This document shows positions 19,369-31,710 of a DNA stretch of 64,000 nt, piece by piece. Both the position numbers and the translations under genes were made by a program. The notes beneath the pieces are model-generated. The model was not told where the DNA came from. It saw only the letters and a list, made by a program, of their open reading frames with translations, and did no database searches. The stretch is taken from positions 1 through 64,000 of the forward strand of contig NZ_JABEZU010000002.1 in assembly GCF_013149785.1 (NCBI RefSeq), written 5' to 3'. This stretch comes from Isoptericola halotolerans (GTDB taxonomy: Bacteria > Actinomycetota > Actinomycetes > Actinomycetales > Cellulomonadaceae). How positions within the stretch are numbered: position 1 is the first letter of the stretch; the number at the start of each line of letters is the position of its first letter.

Positions 19369-20484
19369 TCAGCGTGTGAACGCGTGCCGGGCGTGGTGCA
19401 TGAGCAGCAGCAGCGGGTCGCGGCGCGCCACGAACTCGGTGTCGGGCACCAGGCCGAGGGCTCGACGCCGGTGCAGCATGGCGAGCTCCGTGGCCGCCTG
19501 CTGGTAGTCCGCCAGCGCCCGGGCCGGGCCACGTCCGCGGGTCGATCGGACGTGTGCCCGGGCCTGCTGGCGGCGGTGCAGGGACGACAGCATCCAGACG
19601 TCGGGCGGCGTCACCACGCCGGTCTCCTGGTACTGCGGCAGGTGGGTCCGGATGAGTCCGACGATCCGCTTCCGGTCGCGGTGCAGCACGATGCCCAGGG
19701 CGACGAGCACTCCGACGCCGACGAGGTACGCCACGCCCAGACCGAACAGCCCGAACGCCGACGACGCGTTCCACAGCGAGTGCAGCGCGATCGCGCCGAG
19801 GAGGCCGCCCAGGACCGGCGCGACCCGGCTCCGGCCGGCCGGGCGCAGGGCGGCCGCCGCGACCCCGATCCCGGTCAGGGCCGTGCACAGCGGGTGCAGG
19901 AGCGGCGAGGCGATGCCCCGCACCGTGAAGGTCAGTGCCAGCGTGCCCGGCGGGGCGAAGGTGTAGTAGCTGATGTTCTCCACGACGGCGAAGCCGAGGG
20001 CCACCATCGACCCGTAGATGATCCCGTCGGTGGGGCCGTTGAGCTCGTTGCGGCGGAACCACAGCAGGCCCACCAGCACGGCACCCTTGAGCACCTCCTC
20101 CACCACCGGTGCGGTGATCGCCGCGGTGGCGTACATGCCGAGCTCGGCGCCCAGCATCGGCCCCCACACCAGGTCCAGGCCCGCGGTGTTGAGCAGCATG
20201 GCGATCAGCACCGCGACGCCCGCTCCCCACCCGAACGCGGCGACGAGCGCGTCGGGTGGTTCCGGCTCCAGACGGTCCAGGGCCAGGATGCCGGCGAGCA
20301 GCAGGGGCAGCGGGGCGACCGCGAGGACGACGGCCGCGCCGACGCCCGTCGCGCCGTCGTGCAGCATGATCCTCAGCGCCACGACCAGGCACACCGAGGA
20401 CACGGCGATCGTGATGATCGTGCCCACCGACGGGCGCGCTGTCGGGCGGCCGGCCAGGACCGCCCGCGGATCGAGTGGAGGCAT
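19369..20484 (-). CDS. PrsW-family intramembrane metalloprotease
   Basis: APVVEEVLKG, GFAVVENISY, HPLCTA and LHSLWN motifs. Confidence 0.9.
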   Translation of the reverse strand: MPPLDPRAVLAGRPTARPSVGTIITIAVSSVCLVVALRIMLHDGATGVGAAVVLAVAPLPLLLAGILALDRLEPEPPDALVAAFGWGAGVAVLIAMLLNTAGLDLVWGPMLGAELGMYATAAITAPVVEEVLKGAVLVGLLWFRRNELNGPTDGIIYGSMVALGFAVVENISYYTFAPPGTLALTFTVRGIASPLLHPLCTALTGIGVAAAALRPAGRSRVAPVLGGLLGAIALHSLWNASSAFGLFGLGVAYLVGVGVLVALGIVLHRDRKRIVGLIRTHLPQYQETGVVTPPDVWMLSSLHRRQQARAHVRSTRGRGPARALADYQQAATELAMLHRRRALGLVPDTEFVARRDPLLLLMHHARHAFTR

Positions 20485-20495
20485 GGGGCCGCGGG

Positions 20496-22205
<1,710 letters not shown>

Positions 22206-22264
22206 GGACCCTACGGTAGTGACTGCACGGCTCCTGTGCGTAGCCGTCTCGGTCCTCCGGGGTC

Positions 22265-23104
22265 TCACGGCGTCGCCGATGCTCCGACCACCGAGAGCAG
22301 GCGCAGCTTCTCGGAGCTCTCGCTTCCCGGCTCGGCGGTGTAGACGAGCAGCGAGTGGGCCTGCTCGGGGTCCAGCATGACCTGGCAGCTCAGCTCGACG
22401 AGCCCGACGGTGGGGTGCAGATAGCGCTTGACGTCCCTGGGCCTGACCCCGATCTCGTGCGCCGCCCACAGGTCGCGGAACTCCTCGCTGCGGTCGGTGA
22501 GCAGCCGGGCGAGCTCCGCGGCCCGCGAACCGGGCCCGCGGAGGGTCAGCACGCGCCGCAGCCCCGAGGCGTACATCCGGGAGGTGAAGGCGTGGTCCTC
22601 GGGCGGGACGAGATCACGAGCGACCGGGTCGGTGAACCACCGGTACCCGATACTCCGCGACGGGCCGCTGTACCGGCCGTTGTCGCCGAGGAGCGCGACG
22701 CCGAGCGAGGTCTGGCGCAGCGTCTCGCCCAGCTCCGTGACGATCTCCGCCGGGGTGTCGGTGAGCCGGTCGAAGATCCGCAGCACGCCGGGACTGAGGT
22801 GATCACCGCCGGGACCCGTCGACGGCGGCTCGTGGCCGGCGAGCCGGAAGAGGTGGTCGCGCTCCTCGAGGGTCAGGTGGAGACCCTGGGCGATCGACGC
22901 GATCATCTGGGCCGACGGGTGCGGACCGCGCTGACGTTCGAGCCGGGCGTAGTAGTCGGTCGACATGTGGCACAGGACGGCGACCTCCTCGCGCCGGAGA
23001 CCGCCGGTGCGTCGTCGTCGCCCGCGGGGGAGGCCGACGTCCTCCGGCTGCAGCGCCTCGCGCCGTCGTCGGAGGAACTCCGCCAGGCCCGTCCGGTCGA
23101 TCAT
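22265..23104 (-). CDS. XRE/MmyB-family transcriptional regulator
   Basis: [10 protein letters not shown]...[13 protein letters not shown]...YYARLE; C-terminal HPTVG...[10 protein letters not shown]. Confidence 0.92.
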   Translation of the reverse strand: MIDRTGLAEFLRRRREALQPEDVGLPRGRRRRTGGLRREEVAVLCHMSTDYYARLERQRGPHPSAQMIASIAQGLHLTLEERDHLFRLAGHEPPSTGPGGDHLSPGVLRIFDRLTDTPAEIVTELGETLRQTSLGVALLGDNGRYSGPSRSIGYRWFTDPVARDLVPPEDHAFTSRMYASGLRRVLTLRGPGSRAAELARLLTDRSEEFRDLWAAHEIGVRPRDVKRYLHPTVGLVELSCQVMLDPEQAHSLLVYTAEPGSESSEKLRLLSVVGASATP

Positions 23105-23132
23105 GCAGGCATCCTCTCGCGGAGGTGTCCGC

Positions 23133-23161
23133 TCAGCCACGGATCGTCAGGCCGTGGATGA
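23133..23161. promoter_or_regulatory. Inverted repeat in the divergent MmyB/SDR promoter region
   Basis: TCAGCCACGG-N9-CCGTGGATGA (9/10 paired). Confidence 0.45.
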
Positions 23162-23219
23162 GCAGCGTGGCTCGGGGGAGCCTGGTCCTGCCGTCGACCC
23201 GAGCAGAACGGAAGAGCCC

Positions 23220-24158
23220 ATGCCACGCAGCACGCACGACCTGGCCGTCCCCGACCTCACCACCCGTCGCACGGTGGTGACGGGCGCCAGCGACGGTCTG
23301 GGGCTGCGCATCACGACCCGACTGGCTGCCGCCGGTGCCGAGGTGGTCATGCCGGTCCGCAACATGGACAAGGGGGACCGTGCGGCCGCGGCCGTCCGCG
23401 AGCAGCATCCGGGGGCCAGACTGGTCCTGGAAGAGCTCGACCTGTCCTCCTTGGCCTCGATCGAGGCGTTCGGCGACCGGCTGCGTGACGACGGCGCGCC
23501 GATCCATCTGCTCGTCAACAACGCCGGGGTGATGACACCCCCGGAGCGGCGGACCACCACCGACGGGTTCGAGCTGCAGCTCGGCACGAACCACCTCGGG
23601 CACTTCGCCCTCACCGGCCGCCTCCTGCCGCTGCTCCGCGCAGGGCGTGCGAGGGTGACCTCGCAGACCAGCATCGCCGCCCGCCGCGGCTCGATCGGCT
23701 GGGACGACCTCAACGCCGTGCAGGACTACGACGGCATGCGGTCCTACCGGCAGTCGAAGATCGCGTGCGGGCTGTTCGGCCTGGAGCTCGACCGCCGCAG
23801 CAGGGCCGCGGGATGGGGGATCACGAGCAACCTCGCCCATCCCGGGGTCGCGCCGACCAGTCTGCTCGCGGCGCGTCCCGAGGTGGGTCGCGCGGCGGAC
23901 ACCCGGGACGTGCGGATGATCCGGTGGCTCTCGGAGCGCGGGCTCGCCGTCGGGACCGTGGAGAGCGCCGCCCTGCCGGCGCTGATGGCCGCGACGTCCC
24001 CGACGGCGCAGGACGGCGAGCTCTACGGGCCGCAGTGGCCGGGGAACCTCGGCGGCCCCCCGGGGTCCCAGCGGCTGTGGGCTCCGCTGCGTCGGGCCGA
24101 GGACGCGTCGCGTCTGTGGGACGTCTCCCAGGAGCTGACCGGCGTCACGTTCGGGTAG
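23220..24158 (+). CDS. Short-chain dehydrogenase/reductase
   Basis: [24 protein letters not shown] catalytic motif, HPG. Confidence 0.95.
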   Translation: MPRSTHDLAVPDLTTRRTVVTGASDGLGLRITTRLAAAGAEVVMPVRNMDKGDRAAAAVREQHPGARLVLEELDLSSLASIEAFGDRLRDDGAPIHLLVNNAGVMTPPERRTTTDGFELQLGTNHLGHFALTGRLLPLLRAGRARVTSQTSIAARRGSIGWDDLNAVQDYDGMRSYRQSKIACGLFGLELDRRSRAAGWGITSNLAHPGVAPTSLLAARPEVGRAADTRDVRMIRWLSERGLAVGTVESAALPALMAATSPTAQDGELYGPQWPGNLGGPPGSQRLWAPLRRAEDASRLWDVSQELTGVTFG

Positions 24159-24276
24159 GGCACGTCGTCCGCACACGACACCCGTCCTCGTCCTGTGGCG
24201 CACCGGTACCACCGGTGCCAGGATCGAAGCGGCCGGGGACGGACCCGGCCACCTCGGACGGAGAGAGGACCCGCTC

Positions 24277-24762
24277 ATGGCCATGTTCACGGTCTGGAAG
24301 TTCGACGACCCCGAGGGTGCGGCCCGGGCTGCCGCGATCGTCAAGGACGCAGCCGCGGAGGGCCTGGTCACGCTGGTCGACCACGCCGTCGTCGAGTGGC
24401 CGGAGGGCGAGAAGCACCCCACCACGCACGGGGTCAACGACGACGCCGCGAAGTCCGGTGGTTGGGGCGCGCTGTGGGGGCTGCTCATCGGTGCCCTGTT
24501 CTTCATCCCCGTCGTGGGAGCGGTGGCCGGTGCGGCCATCGGCGGGCTGAGCCGGGTGCTGTCCGACGTCGGCATCAAGAAGGAGGACCTGGAGAAGATC
24601 AAGGCGGAGGTCGTGCCGGGGACGTCGGGGCTGTTCCTCATCACGGAGCAGGGCGACCCGGACCGGTTCCGGGAGCGTCTGCACGGCATCAAGGCCACCC
24701 TGGTCAGCAGCAACCTCTCCGACGTGGAGACCCGGGACCTCAAGGAGATGTTCGGAGGCTGA
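24277..24762 (+). CDS. DUF1269-like membrane protein
   Basis: Glycine-zipper GALWGLLIGALFFIPVVGAVAGAAIG; VPGTSGLF. Confidence 0.8.
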   Translation: MAMFTVWKFDDPEGAARAAAIVKDAAAEGLVTLVDHAVVEWPEGEKHPTTHGVNDDAAKSGGWGALWGLLIGALFFIPVVGAVAGAAIGGLSRVLSDVGIKKEDLEKIKAEVVPGTSGLFLITEQGDPDRFRERLHGIKATLVSSNLSDVETRDLKEMFGG

Positions 24763-24838
24763 GCCGATGCTCCGCGACCTCGTCACGCTGTCGGGCCGAT
24801 CTCGCGCGCCGAGGGCCGATCGTGGCGAGGATGGGGTG

Positions 24839-26071
24839 ATGGGAACCAGCAACCTCGAGCTCCTCACCGGTGACGACGCGACCGAGCTGCTCGCCACGGC
24901 CGTCTCGACCGCCGGTGGGGAGCTCGTGGACTGGGCGGTACGCCAGGTCGACCATCGTCCGGGACGCTCCACCACCGTCGCCTACAAGGCCCGGGTGCGT
25001 TGGGCGGTCCAGGGGGCGGCCGGGACGCACGGCGCGGGGTCCCAGGTGCGCACGGAGACCCTCGGGGCGTCCCTGGGCCGGCCGGGAGACCAGCAGGTGC
25101 CCGGTGTGCTGACGCTGGACGACGGCGAGCACGAGGTCGCCGTGTGGCGGTTCCCGGGCGACCCGGGCCTGCCCGCGCTGGCCACCGCCTACGACGCGGA
25201 CGCGGTGAGCACCCTGCTGGGGGACCTCGGTGTCCCGGAGGTGGCCCGGGGACCGGTGACCCTGCGGGTGCGCGCCTACCGTCCGACCCGGCGGGCCGTC
25301 ATCGAGGCCAGCACGCCGGGCGCCCGGGTGTTCCTCAAGGTGGTCCGCCCGGAGAAGGGCGACGAGCTCTACACACGGCACGCGCTGCTCGCCGGCGCGG
25401 GCCTCCCGGTGCCGAAGCCGCTGGGTCGGAACGCGGACGGTCTGCTGGTCATCGCCCCGCTGACCGGCGAGTCGATGCGTCACGCGGTGCGCGACGACGG
25501 CCCTCTGCCGCCGCCCGGCGACGTCGTGGACCTCCTCGAGCGGCTGCCCGACGGCGTGATGCAGCTCCCGTACCGTGCGTCGTGGAGCGAGAACGCGGCC
25601 CACTACGCCTCGGTCATCGGCGCGGCCCTCCCGGCCGAGGCAGACCGCGCGGCGCAGCTCGCCGCCGTCGTCGCCGGGCGGATCGCCGGGCAGGGACCGG
25701 CGGAGCCGACGCACGGCGACCTGTACGAGTCGCAGGTCATGCTCGGTGACGACGGTCGGATCACGGGGCTCCTCGACGTGGACTCGGCAGGTCCGGGGCG
25801 CCGGGCGGACGACCTGGCGTGCCTGGTCGCGCACGTCGAGACGCTGTCCCTGCTGCGAGGCTGGGACACCGAGCGGCTGCACGACCTGGCGATGCGCTAC
25901 GCGAACGGGTTCGCCGGGGTGGTCGACCCGGCCGAGCTCTTCACCCGGACAGCCGGGGTGCTGCTGTCCCTGGCCACCGGCCCGCACCGGGTCCAGGAGG
26001 CCGACTGGCCGGGGCAGACCTCGCGCCGCCTCGACACCGTGGAGAGCTGGCTCAGCGCGCGGCCCGCGTGA
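24839..26071 (+). CDS. APH/choline kinase-like phosphotransferase
   Basis: VFLKVV lysine strand, HGDLYESQ, LLDVD, DLA motifs. Confidence 0.8.
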   Translation: MGTSNLELLTGDDATELLATAVSTAGGELVDWAVRQVDHRPGRSTTVAYKARVRWAVQGAAGTHGAGSQVRTETLGASLGRPGDQQVPGVLTLDDGEHEVAVWRFPGDPGLPALATAYDADAVSTLLGDLGVPEVARGPVTLRVRAYRPTRRAVIEASTPGARVFLKVVRPEKGDELYTRHALLAGAGLPVPKPLGRNADGLLVIAPLTGESMRHAVRDDGPLPPPGDVVDLLERLPDGVMQLPYRASWSENAAHYASVIGAALPAEADRAAQLAAVVAGRIAGQGPAEPTHGDLYESQVMLGDDGRITGLLDVDSAGPGRRADDLACLVAHVETLSLLRGWDTERLHDLAMRYANGFAGVVDPAELFTRTAGVLLSLATGPHRVQEADWPGQTSRRLDTVESWLSARPA

Positions 26072-27161
26072 CGCGGAGCGTCGCCGCACCGCCCTCGGGG
26101 CGGAAGCCGAGGGCGACGTTGATCGCGAGCATGTGGTCGTTCTCCTCGGCGTTCCAGGTGTGGACCCGGCGGGTCTGCGGGCGGGAACGGGCCAGGGCCT
26201 GGAGGTTGACGGCCTTGACGAGCAGGCCGAGGCGGTGGCCGCGGTGGTGCCGCAGCACGATCGTGTCCTCCTGGTCGGCGGACGGACCGGGGCCGGCACG
26301 GTGGGCGAGCATCGTCATGGCGACGAGCTCACCGGTGCCGACGTGCTCGGCGGCCGTGACGAGGATCTCCTGGCGGCCCTGGTGGAAGCGGGCGACGAGG
26401 TCGCCGACCCGGTCGGCGTCCCAGACCTCCTCGGCCCAGTCCATCTCACCGCTGGGTACGTCGGTGGACATGCGCGTCTCCAGGACCGCGAACCCCTCGG
26501 CCCACCGGTCGGGGATCTCGTCGTGCCAGGTGTGCAGCCGGTAGTCGCGGGAGCGGGCCCGGGCGGCGGTGACGTGGCCCTCCAGGACGACGGGGTCGAG
26601 GGGGACGGTGAGCACCGACCGTCGTTCGACCTGTTCCAGCCGGTAGCCCCGGCCCCGGGCGAAGGTGATCCCGGGGTGGTCCGCCGGTGCCCGTCCCGTC
26701 CCGGTGGGCGGCACCAGCGTGGCCTGGTGCGGTGCGGGCTCGGGGTACATGACCTCGGTGACCAGCACGGGTCGGCCGTCGGCGGCGGCCTCCGCCTCGA
26801 TCCGGTCGGCGAGGGCGGTGCCGAGGCCCTGGCGTCGGTGGTCCGGGTGCACGACGACATCGAGGTCGGCCCAGTCGGGGTTGTCGCGCAGGTCCCCGCG
26901 GAGCGTCGCGGCGCCGATGACGTGGCGGCCGTCGTCGTCGGGGGACACGGCGACCAGGCGGACGGTGCGTTCGTGCTCCTGGTGGTGGAGGTCGGCGAGG
27001 ACGGCGGCGGCGGTCGGTGCGGTGTCCGCGTCGCCGAGGTCGGCGCGCTGCGCCGCGGCCTCGAGCGCGGCGATGCCGTGGTGGGCCCAGGCCTCCGGCG
27101 CCTCGAGAGTGTCGGGGCAGGGGACGCCGAGGATGCGCCACGCCGTCGTGCCGGTGCTCAT
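26052..27161 (-). CDS. Tandem GNAT N-acetyltransferase
   Basis: VHPDHRRQGLG, HHRGHRLG, TWNAEENDHMLAINVALGF. Confidence 0.9.
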   Translation of the reverse strand: MSTGTTAWRILGVPCPDTLEAPEAWAHHGIAALEAAAQRADLGDADTAPTAAAVLADLHHQEHERTVRLVAVSPDDDGRHVIGAATLRGDLRDNPDWADLDVVVHPDHRRQGLGTALADRIEAEAAADGRPVLVTEVMYPEPAPHQATLVPPTGTGRAPADHPGITFARGRGYRLEQVERRSVLTVPLDPVVLEGHVTAARARSRDYRLHTWHDEIPDRWAEGFAVLETRMSTDVPSGEMDWAEEVWDADRVGDLVARFHQGRQEILVTAAEHVGTGELVAMTMLAHRAGPGPSADQEDTIVLRHHRGHRLGLLVKAVNLQALARSRPQTRRVHTWNAEENDHMLAINVALGFRPEGGAATLRVTRAAR

Positions 27162-27165
27162 GAGC

Positions 27166-28263
27166 TCAGCGTGCGCCGTCTGCTCCGCGGTCGCGAACGT
27201 TCTTCTCCGAGGGAGCGGGCCCGGTGCTCCCTCGGACCACGAGGGACGTGGGCAGGCGCAGGTGCTGCTCGCGAGCCGATCCCTCCAGGAGGTCGAGCAC
27301 CATCCGCAGCGCCTCGGCGCCCATCTCGTGCAGGGGCTGCGCCACGGTGGTCAGCGCGGGCGTGGTCGTCAGCGACTCGGGCACGTTGTCGAAGCCGACC
27401 ACGGACAGGTCCTCGGGCACGCGCAGGCCGAGGTCCTGGGCGACCTCGACGACGTGGATGGCGGACTGGTCGTTCGCAGCGAAGACCGCCGTGGGCCGCT
27501 CTCCCCGGCTCGGCGCGAGCAGCTCACGGGCCGGGGTGTCGGCGGTGTTGGGCCGGTAGCCGCCGACCCGGATCAGGGATTGGTCGACCGTGATGCCGGC
27601 GGCCTCGAGGGCCTGGCGGTAGCCGAGCTCGCGCAGCCTGGCGGACTCGAGGTCGGGGCGTCCACCCAGGTGGGCGATGCGGCGGTGGCCGAGCCCGAGG
27701 AGGTGCTCGACCGCTTCACGGGACCCCGTGGTGTTGTCGGAGTCGACCGTGTGGGTGCCCTCGGGCCCGGTGTGCGGGTCGATGGCGACCACCGGGATGC
27801 CGTTCGCCTCCGACAGCACCATGGTCGGGGTGACGACGATCGCGGCGTCGATCAGGGTGCCGGCGAGCCGTGACAGGGAGCGACGCTCCCAGCCGGTGAT
27901 GGCACCGCCGTCGGTGCCCCCGGAGTAGGCGAGGAGCTCGTAGCCGGTGCCGTCGACGGCCGACGAGATGCCCTTGAGCAGCTCGGTGGAGTAGGGCTCG
28001 AACTCGGCGACCAGGACGCCGACCACGTTGGTGGACTGCCGGCGCAGGCTCCGCGCGACCAGGGAGGACTCGTAGCCGAGATCCGCGACGACGCCGAGCA
28101 CGCGCTCGGCGGTGGCGGGTGCGACGCCGTAGCGGTTGTTGACGACCTTGGAGACCGTGGCGACGGAGACGCCGGCGACGCGCGCGACGTCGGAGATCGT
28201 CACGCGGCCCACGATGGGTCCGACGGGGGTTCCAGCGCGAGGCTGTTCGGCGGCGGTGCTCAC
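27166..28263 (-). CDS. LacI-family transcriptional regulator
   Basis: TISDVARVAGVSVATVSKVVN; LGHRRIA; VPEDLSVVGFD. Confidence 0.96.
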   Translation of the reverse strand: MSTAAEQPRAGTPVGPIVGRVTISDVARVAGVSVATVSKVVNNRYGVAPATAERVLGVVADLGYESSLVARSLRRQSTNVVGVLVAEFEPYSTELLKGISSAVDGTGYELLAYSGGTDGGAITGWERRSLSRLAGTLIDAAIVVTPTMVLSEANGIPVVAIDPHTGPEGTHTVDSDNTTGSREAVEHLLGLGHRRIAHLGGRPDLESARLRELGYRQALEAAGITVDQSLIRVGGYRPNTADTPARELLAPSRGERPTAVFAANDQSAIHVVEVAQDLGLRVPEDLSVVGFDNVPESLTTTPALTTVAQPLHEMGAEALRMVLDLLEGSAREQHLRLPTSLVVRGSTGPAPSEKNVRDRGADGAR

Positions 28264-28314
28264 AGGACGACAGTATCCGGCAACACCGGATCGCGACGAA
28301 CGGGGGCGGGATGT

Positions 28315-28341
28315 ATCGAAACCGTTATCGAAAACGATTGA
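28315..28341. promoter_or_regulatory. Putative overlapping LacI operators
   Basis: ATCGAAACCGTTATCGAAAACGATTGA: near-palindrome TCGAAACCGTTATCGA plus a second half-overlapping copy, between the divergent genes. Confidence 0.65.
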
Positions 28342-28455
28342 CGGATCCCGCCGGCGGCTGCGAGGGTAGGTCTCGGACGGGCAGCGGAGCACCGCTCGGC
28401 CGCCCGGAGAGCACCACCGAAGTACCACTGTCGACGACGACCAAGGGGTTCCACG

Positions 28456-29784
28456 ATGACGAGGAAGATGAGAGGCGCGAGCGCTGTCGCGCTCGGCGCG
28501 ACCGTCGCCCTGCTGGCCGGTGCCTGCGCTGGGCAGGGCACGGCCGACCAGGACACCGACGACACCACCACCGAGGCCGCCGAGGGCGGGGACGTCACCA
28601 TCGAGTGGTGGCACAACTCCGACACCGGTGAGGGCAAGGAGTACTACGACCAGGTCGCCGCCGACTTCGAGGCGGCGAACCCCGGGGTCACGATCAACGT
28701 CCAGGCGCAGGACCACGAGGACATGCTCACGCGCCTGCAGGCCGCGTTCCAGGCCGGCGACGGCATCCCGGACGTCTACATGAGCCGTGGCGGCGGCGAG
28801 CTCCTGCGTGAGGTCGAGGGTGGGTTGGTCCGTGACCTCACCGACGACGCCGCCGACACCATCGGGACGCTCGACGCCTTCGTGGGCCAGTACACCGTCG
28901 AGGACCGCGTCTACGCGCTGCCCTTCTCCATGGGTCTGGTCGGTTTCTGGTACAACACGGACCTCTTCGCCGAGGCCGGGATCGACGAGGTCTCGGAGAA
29001 CCCGACCATCGAGGAGTTCAACGGCTACGTCGAGGCGCTGAAGGCTGCGGACATCGACCCCGTCTCCGTCGGTGCCGGCGACGGCTGGCCCGCTGCGCAC
29101 TACTGGTACTACAACGTCGTGCGCGAGTGCCCCTTCGACACCGTCGAGGCCGCGGTCGAGACCGGTGACTACTCGGACGGCTGCTTCATCACGGCCGGGG
29201 AGAACCTCGAGGACCTTCTCGAGACCGAGCCGTTCAACCCGGGCTTCCTTGCCACGGGTGCGCAGGCCGGCCCGACGTCGGCCTCCGGCCTGCTCGCCAC
29301 CGAGCGCGTCGGCATGGAGCTCGCCGGACACTGGGAGCCCGGTGTCGTGGGCGGGCTGCGCGAGGACGGCGAGGTGCCCGACTGGCTGGGCTGGTTCGCC
29401 TACCCGACGTTCCCCGGCCAGGCCGGTGACCCTGCCGACCAGATGGGTGGCGGGGACGCGTGGTCGGTGTCTGCCGATGCGCCCGACGCCTCGGTCGACT
29501 TCGCCGAGTACCTGCTGACCGAAGAGGTCCAGACCGGCTTCGCCGAGCTGGACATGGGTCTGCCCACCTACCCGGGCACCGGCGAGAACCTCTCCAACGA
29601 GGGCCTGCGCCAGCTGATCGAGGTCCGTGACGGTGGCGGCCAGGCTCAGCTGTACCTCGACACCCGTCTCGGCCAGTCCGTCGGCGGTGCGATGAACGAC
29701 GCGATCGCCCTCATGTTCGCCGGCCAGGCGGGTCCGCAGGACATCGTCGACGCGATCGAGGACGCTGCGGCGCAGGAGCAGTGA
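28456..29784 (+). CDS. Sugar ABC transporter substrate-binding lipoprotein (BxlE-like)
   Basis: Lipobox-like AGAC, IEWWH, FEAANPGVTI, FWYNTDLF. Confidence 0.92.
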   Translation: MTRKMRGASAVALGATVALLAGACAGQGTADQDTDDTTTEAAEGGDVTIEWWHNSDTGEGKEYYDQVAADFEAANPGVTINVQAQDHEDMLTRLQAAFQAGDGIPDVYMSRGGGELLREVEGGLVRDLTDDAADTIGTLDAFVGQYTVEDRVYALPFSMGLVGFWYNTDLFAEAGIDEVSENPTIEEFNGYVEALKAADIDPVSVGAGDGWPAAHYWYYNVVRECPFDTVEAAVETGDYSDGCFITAGENLEDLLETEPFNPGFLATGAQAGPTSASGLLATERVGMELAGHWEPGVVGGLREDGEVPDWLGWFAYPTFPGQAGDPADQMGGGDAWSVSADAPDASVDFAEYLLTEEVQTGFAELDMGLPTYPGTGENLSNEGLRQLIEVRDGGGQAQLYLDTRLGQSVGGAMNDAIALMFAGQAGPQDIVDAIEDAAAQEQ

Positions 29785-30800
29785 CCGAGATGGCAGACAA
29801 CGTGACCGCCAGCGCGGACGCCTCGTCTGCCACCTCCTCCGGCCCGGCTGCCGGTGCGACCCGCCAGGGTCGCCCGGCAGCCGGGCAGTCGGCTGGGGGG
29901 CGGCGGGCGGCGCACTCAGATCTACGCAAGCGCCTGGAGATCGCGTTCTTCGTGGCGCCGGCCCTCGGGCTGTTCGTCCTCTTCGTGGTCTGGCCGGTCA
30001 TCACGGCCGTCCAGATGTCGATGTTCCGGTGGAACGGCATCGGACCCCTGGAGAACTTCGTCGGGCTCGACAACTACGCGCGGGTCCTCAACAGCGACGT
30101 CTTCATCGGCTCGCTGGTCAACAACCTCATCATCGTGGCGTCCTCCATCGCCATCCAGCTGCCGCTGGGCCTCGCCATCGCCCTTCTGCTCAACCGCAGG
30201 ATGTGGGGCCAAGGGCTGCTGCGGACCATCATCTTCATGCCGTACGTCCTCGCCGAGGTCGTGGCCGGTGTGATCTGGTTCCAGCTGCTGCAGCCGCAGT
30301 ACGGCGTGATCGACACGCTCCTGGAGGCGATCGGCCTCACCCCGCCGCCCCAGGGCTGGCTCGGGGACATGGACCTGGCGCTGTGGACCATCATCGTCAT
30401 CCTGACGTGGAAGTACATCGGCCTGGCGGTGATCCTCTTCCTCGCCGGCCTGCAGGGCGTGCCGGACGAGCTCTACGAGGCGGCCCAGCTCGACGGGGCC
30501 TCCTGGTGGCAGGTGCAGCGCAAGATCACGATCCCGCTGCTCGGCCCGACGATCCGGACCTGGGCGTTCCTGTCCATGATCGGGTCGCTCCAGCTGTTCG
30601 ACATGGTCTGGATCATGACCCGCGGCGGCCCCGCCAACGCGACGAGCACGATGGCGATCTTCCTCGTCAACGAGGGCACCAACCGCGCCAACTTCGGCAT
30701 CGCCGGCGCCGCCTCCGTGGTGCTGTTCTTCATCGCACTGGTCTTCGCGGTGCTCTACCAGCAACTCATCATGAAGCGTGACACCAAGGGAGGTGCGTGA
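29781..30800 (+). CDS. Sugar ABC transporter permease
   Basis: FVGLDNY; ELYEAAQLDGA EAA loop. Confidence 0.94.
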   Translation: MTEMADNVTASADASSATSSGPAAGATRQGRPAAGQSAGGRRAAHSDLRKRLEIAFFVAPALGLFVLFVVWPVITAVQMSMFRWNGIGPLENFVGLDNYARVLNSDVFIGSLVNNLIIVASSIAIQLPLGLAIALLLNRRMWGQGLLRTIIFMPYVLAEVVAGVIWFQLLQPQYGVIDTLLEAIGLTPPPQGWLGDMDLALWTIIVILTWKYIGLAVILFLAGLQGVPDELYEAAQLDGASWWQVQRKITIPLLGPTIRTWAFLSMIGSLQLFDMVWIMTRGGPANATSTMAIFLVNEGTNRANFGIAGAASVVLFFIALVFAVLYQQLIMKRDTKGGA

Positions 30801-31690
30801 TGACCACGCAGACGCAGTCTCCCGAGACCGCGCCCCAGCAGACCGAGCGCCGTCGTCGAGGCAGCTCGGGCAAGTTCCAAGGCGGCAGCCCGGCGGTCTA
30901 CGCCGCCGCCTTCGTCGTCGTCGTCGCGACGCTCGGGCCGGTCGTCTACGGCGCGCTCGGCGGGTTCCGGAGCAACTTCCAGCTCGCCGACTCCCCCGCC
31001 GGCCTGCCGAGCCCGTGGATCTTCGACAACTACATCGGGGTCCTGCAGAACCCCGACTTCTGGACCTTCAACCTCAACTCCATCGCGGTCGCCGTCATCA
31101 CGACGGCCATCGTCGTGGTCTTCGGGGTGATGGCGGCCTACCCGCTGGCCCGGTACCAGTTCAAGGGTCGCGAGGCGCTGTTCATGGTGTTCGTGGCCGG
31201 GCTGCTGTTCCCCGCCACGGTGGCGGTGATCCCGCTGTTCATCCTCATCACCCAGAACCTGGGTCTGGGGAACACGTGGTGGGGCGTCGCCCTGCCGCAG
31301 GCCGCGTTCGCGCTGCCCATCACGGTGGTCATCCTGCGACCGTTCCTCATGGCGCTGCCCAAGGAGCTCGAGGAGGCGGCCCAGCTGGACGGCACCAGCC
31401 GGATCGGCTTCTTCTGGCGGATCCTGCTGCCCCTGTCCGGGCCCGGGATGGTCACGGTCGGCGTGCTCGCGTTCGTCGGCTCGTGGAACGCCTACCTCCT
31501 GCCGCTGCTGCTGCTGCGCGGCGACATGCGGACCCTGCCGCTCGGCGTCGCGGACTTCTCGACGGAGTACTCGGTCGACACCGCCGGCGTGTTCGCCTTC
31601 ACCACGCTCGCCATGATCCCGGCGCTCGTGTTCTTCCTGGCCATGCAGAAGCGCATCGTCAACGGACTGCAGGGCGCGGTGAAGGGATGA
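30797..31690 (+). CDS. Sugar ABC transporter permease
   Basis: ELEEAAQLDG EAA loop, SWNAYL, C-terminal GAVKG. Confidence 0.94.
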   Translation: MMTTQTQSPETAPQQTERRRRGSSGKFQGGSPAVYAAAFVVVVATLGPVVYGALGGFRSNFQLADSPAGLPSPWIFDNYIGVLQNPDFWTFNLNSIAVAVITTAIVVVFGVMAAYPLARYQFKGREALFMVFVAGLLFPATVAVIPLFILITQNLGLGNTWWGVALPQAAFALPITVVILRPFLMALPKELEEAAQLDGTSRIGFFWRILLPLSGPGMVTVGVLAFVGSWNAYLLPLLLLRGDMRTLPLGVADFSTEYSVDTAGVFAFTTLAMIPALVFFLAMQKRIVNGLQGAVKG

Positions 31691-31710
31691 CCGCGCAGAG
31701 AGAGGACCGC

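Noticed and set aside
24839..27161. Aminoglycoside resistance locus
   Set aside because: Only fold-level motifs; both families are widespread with unknown substrates.
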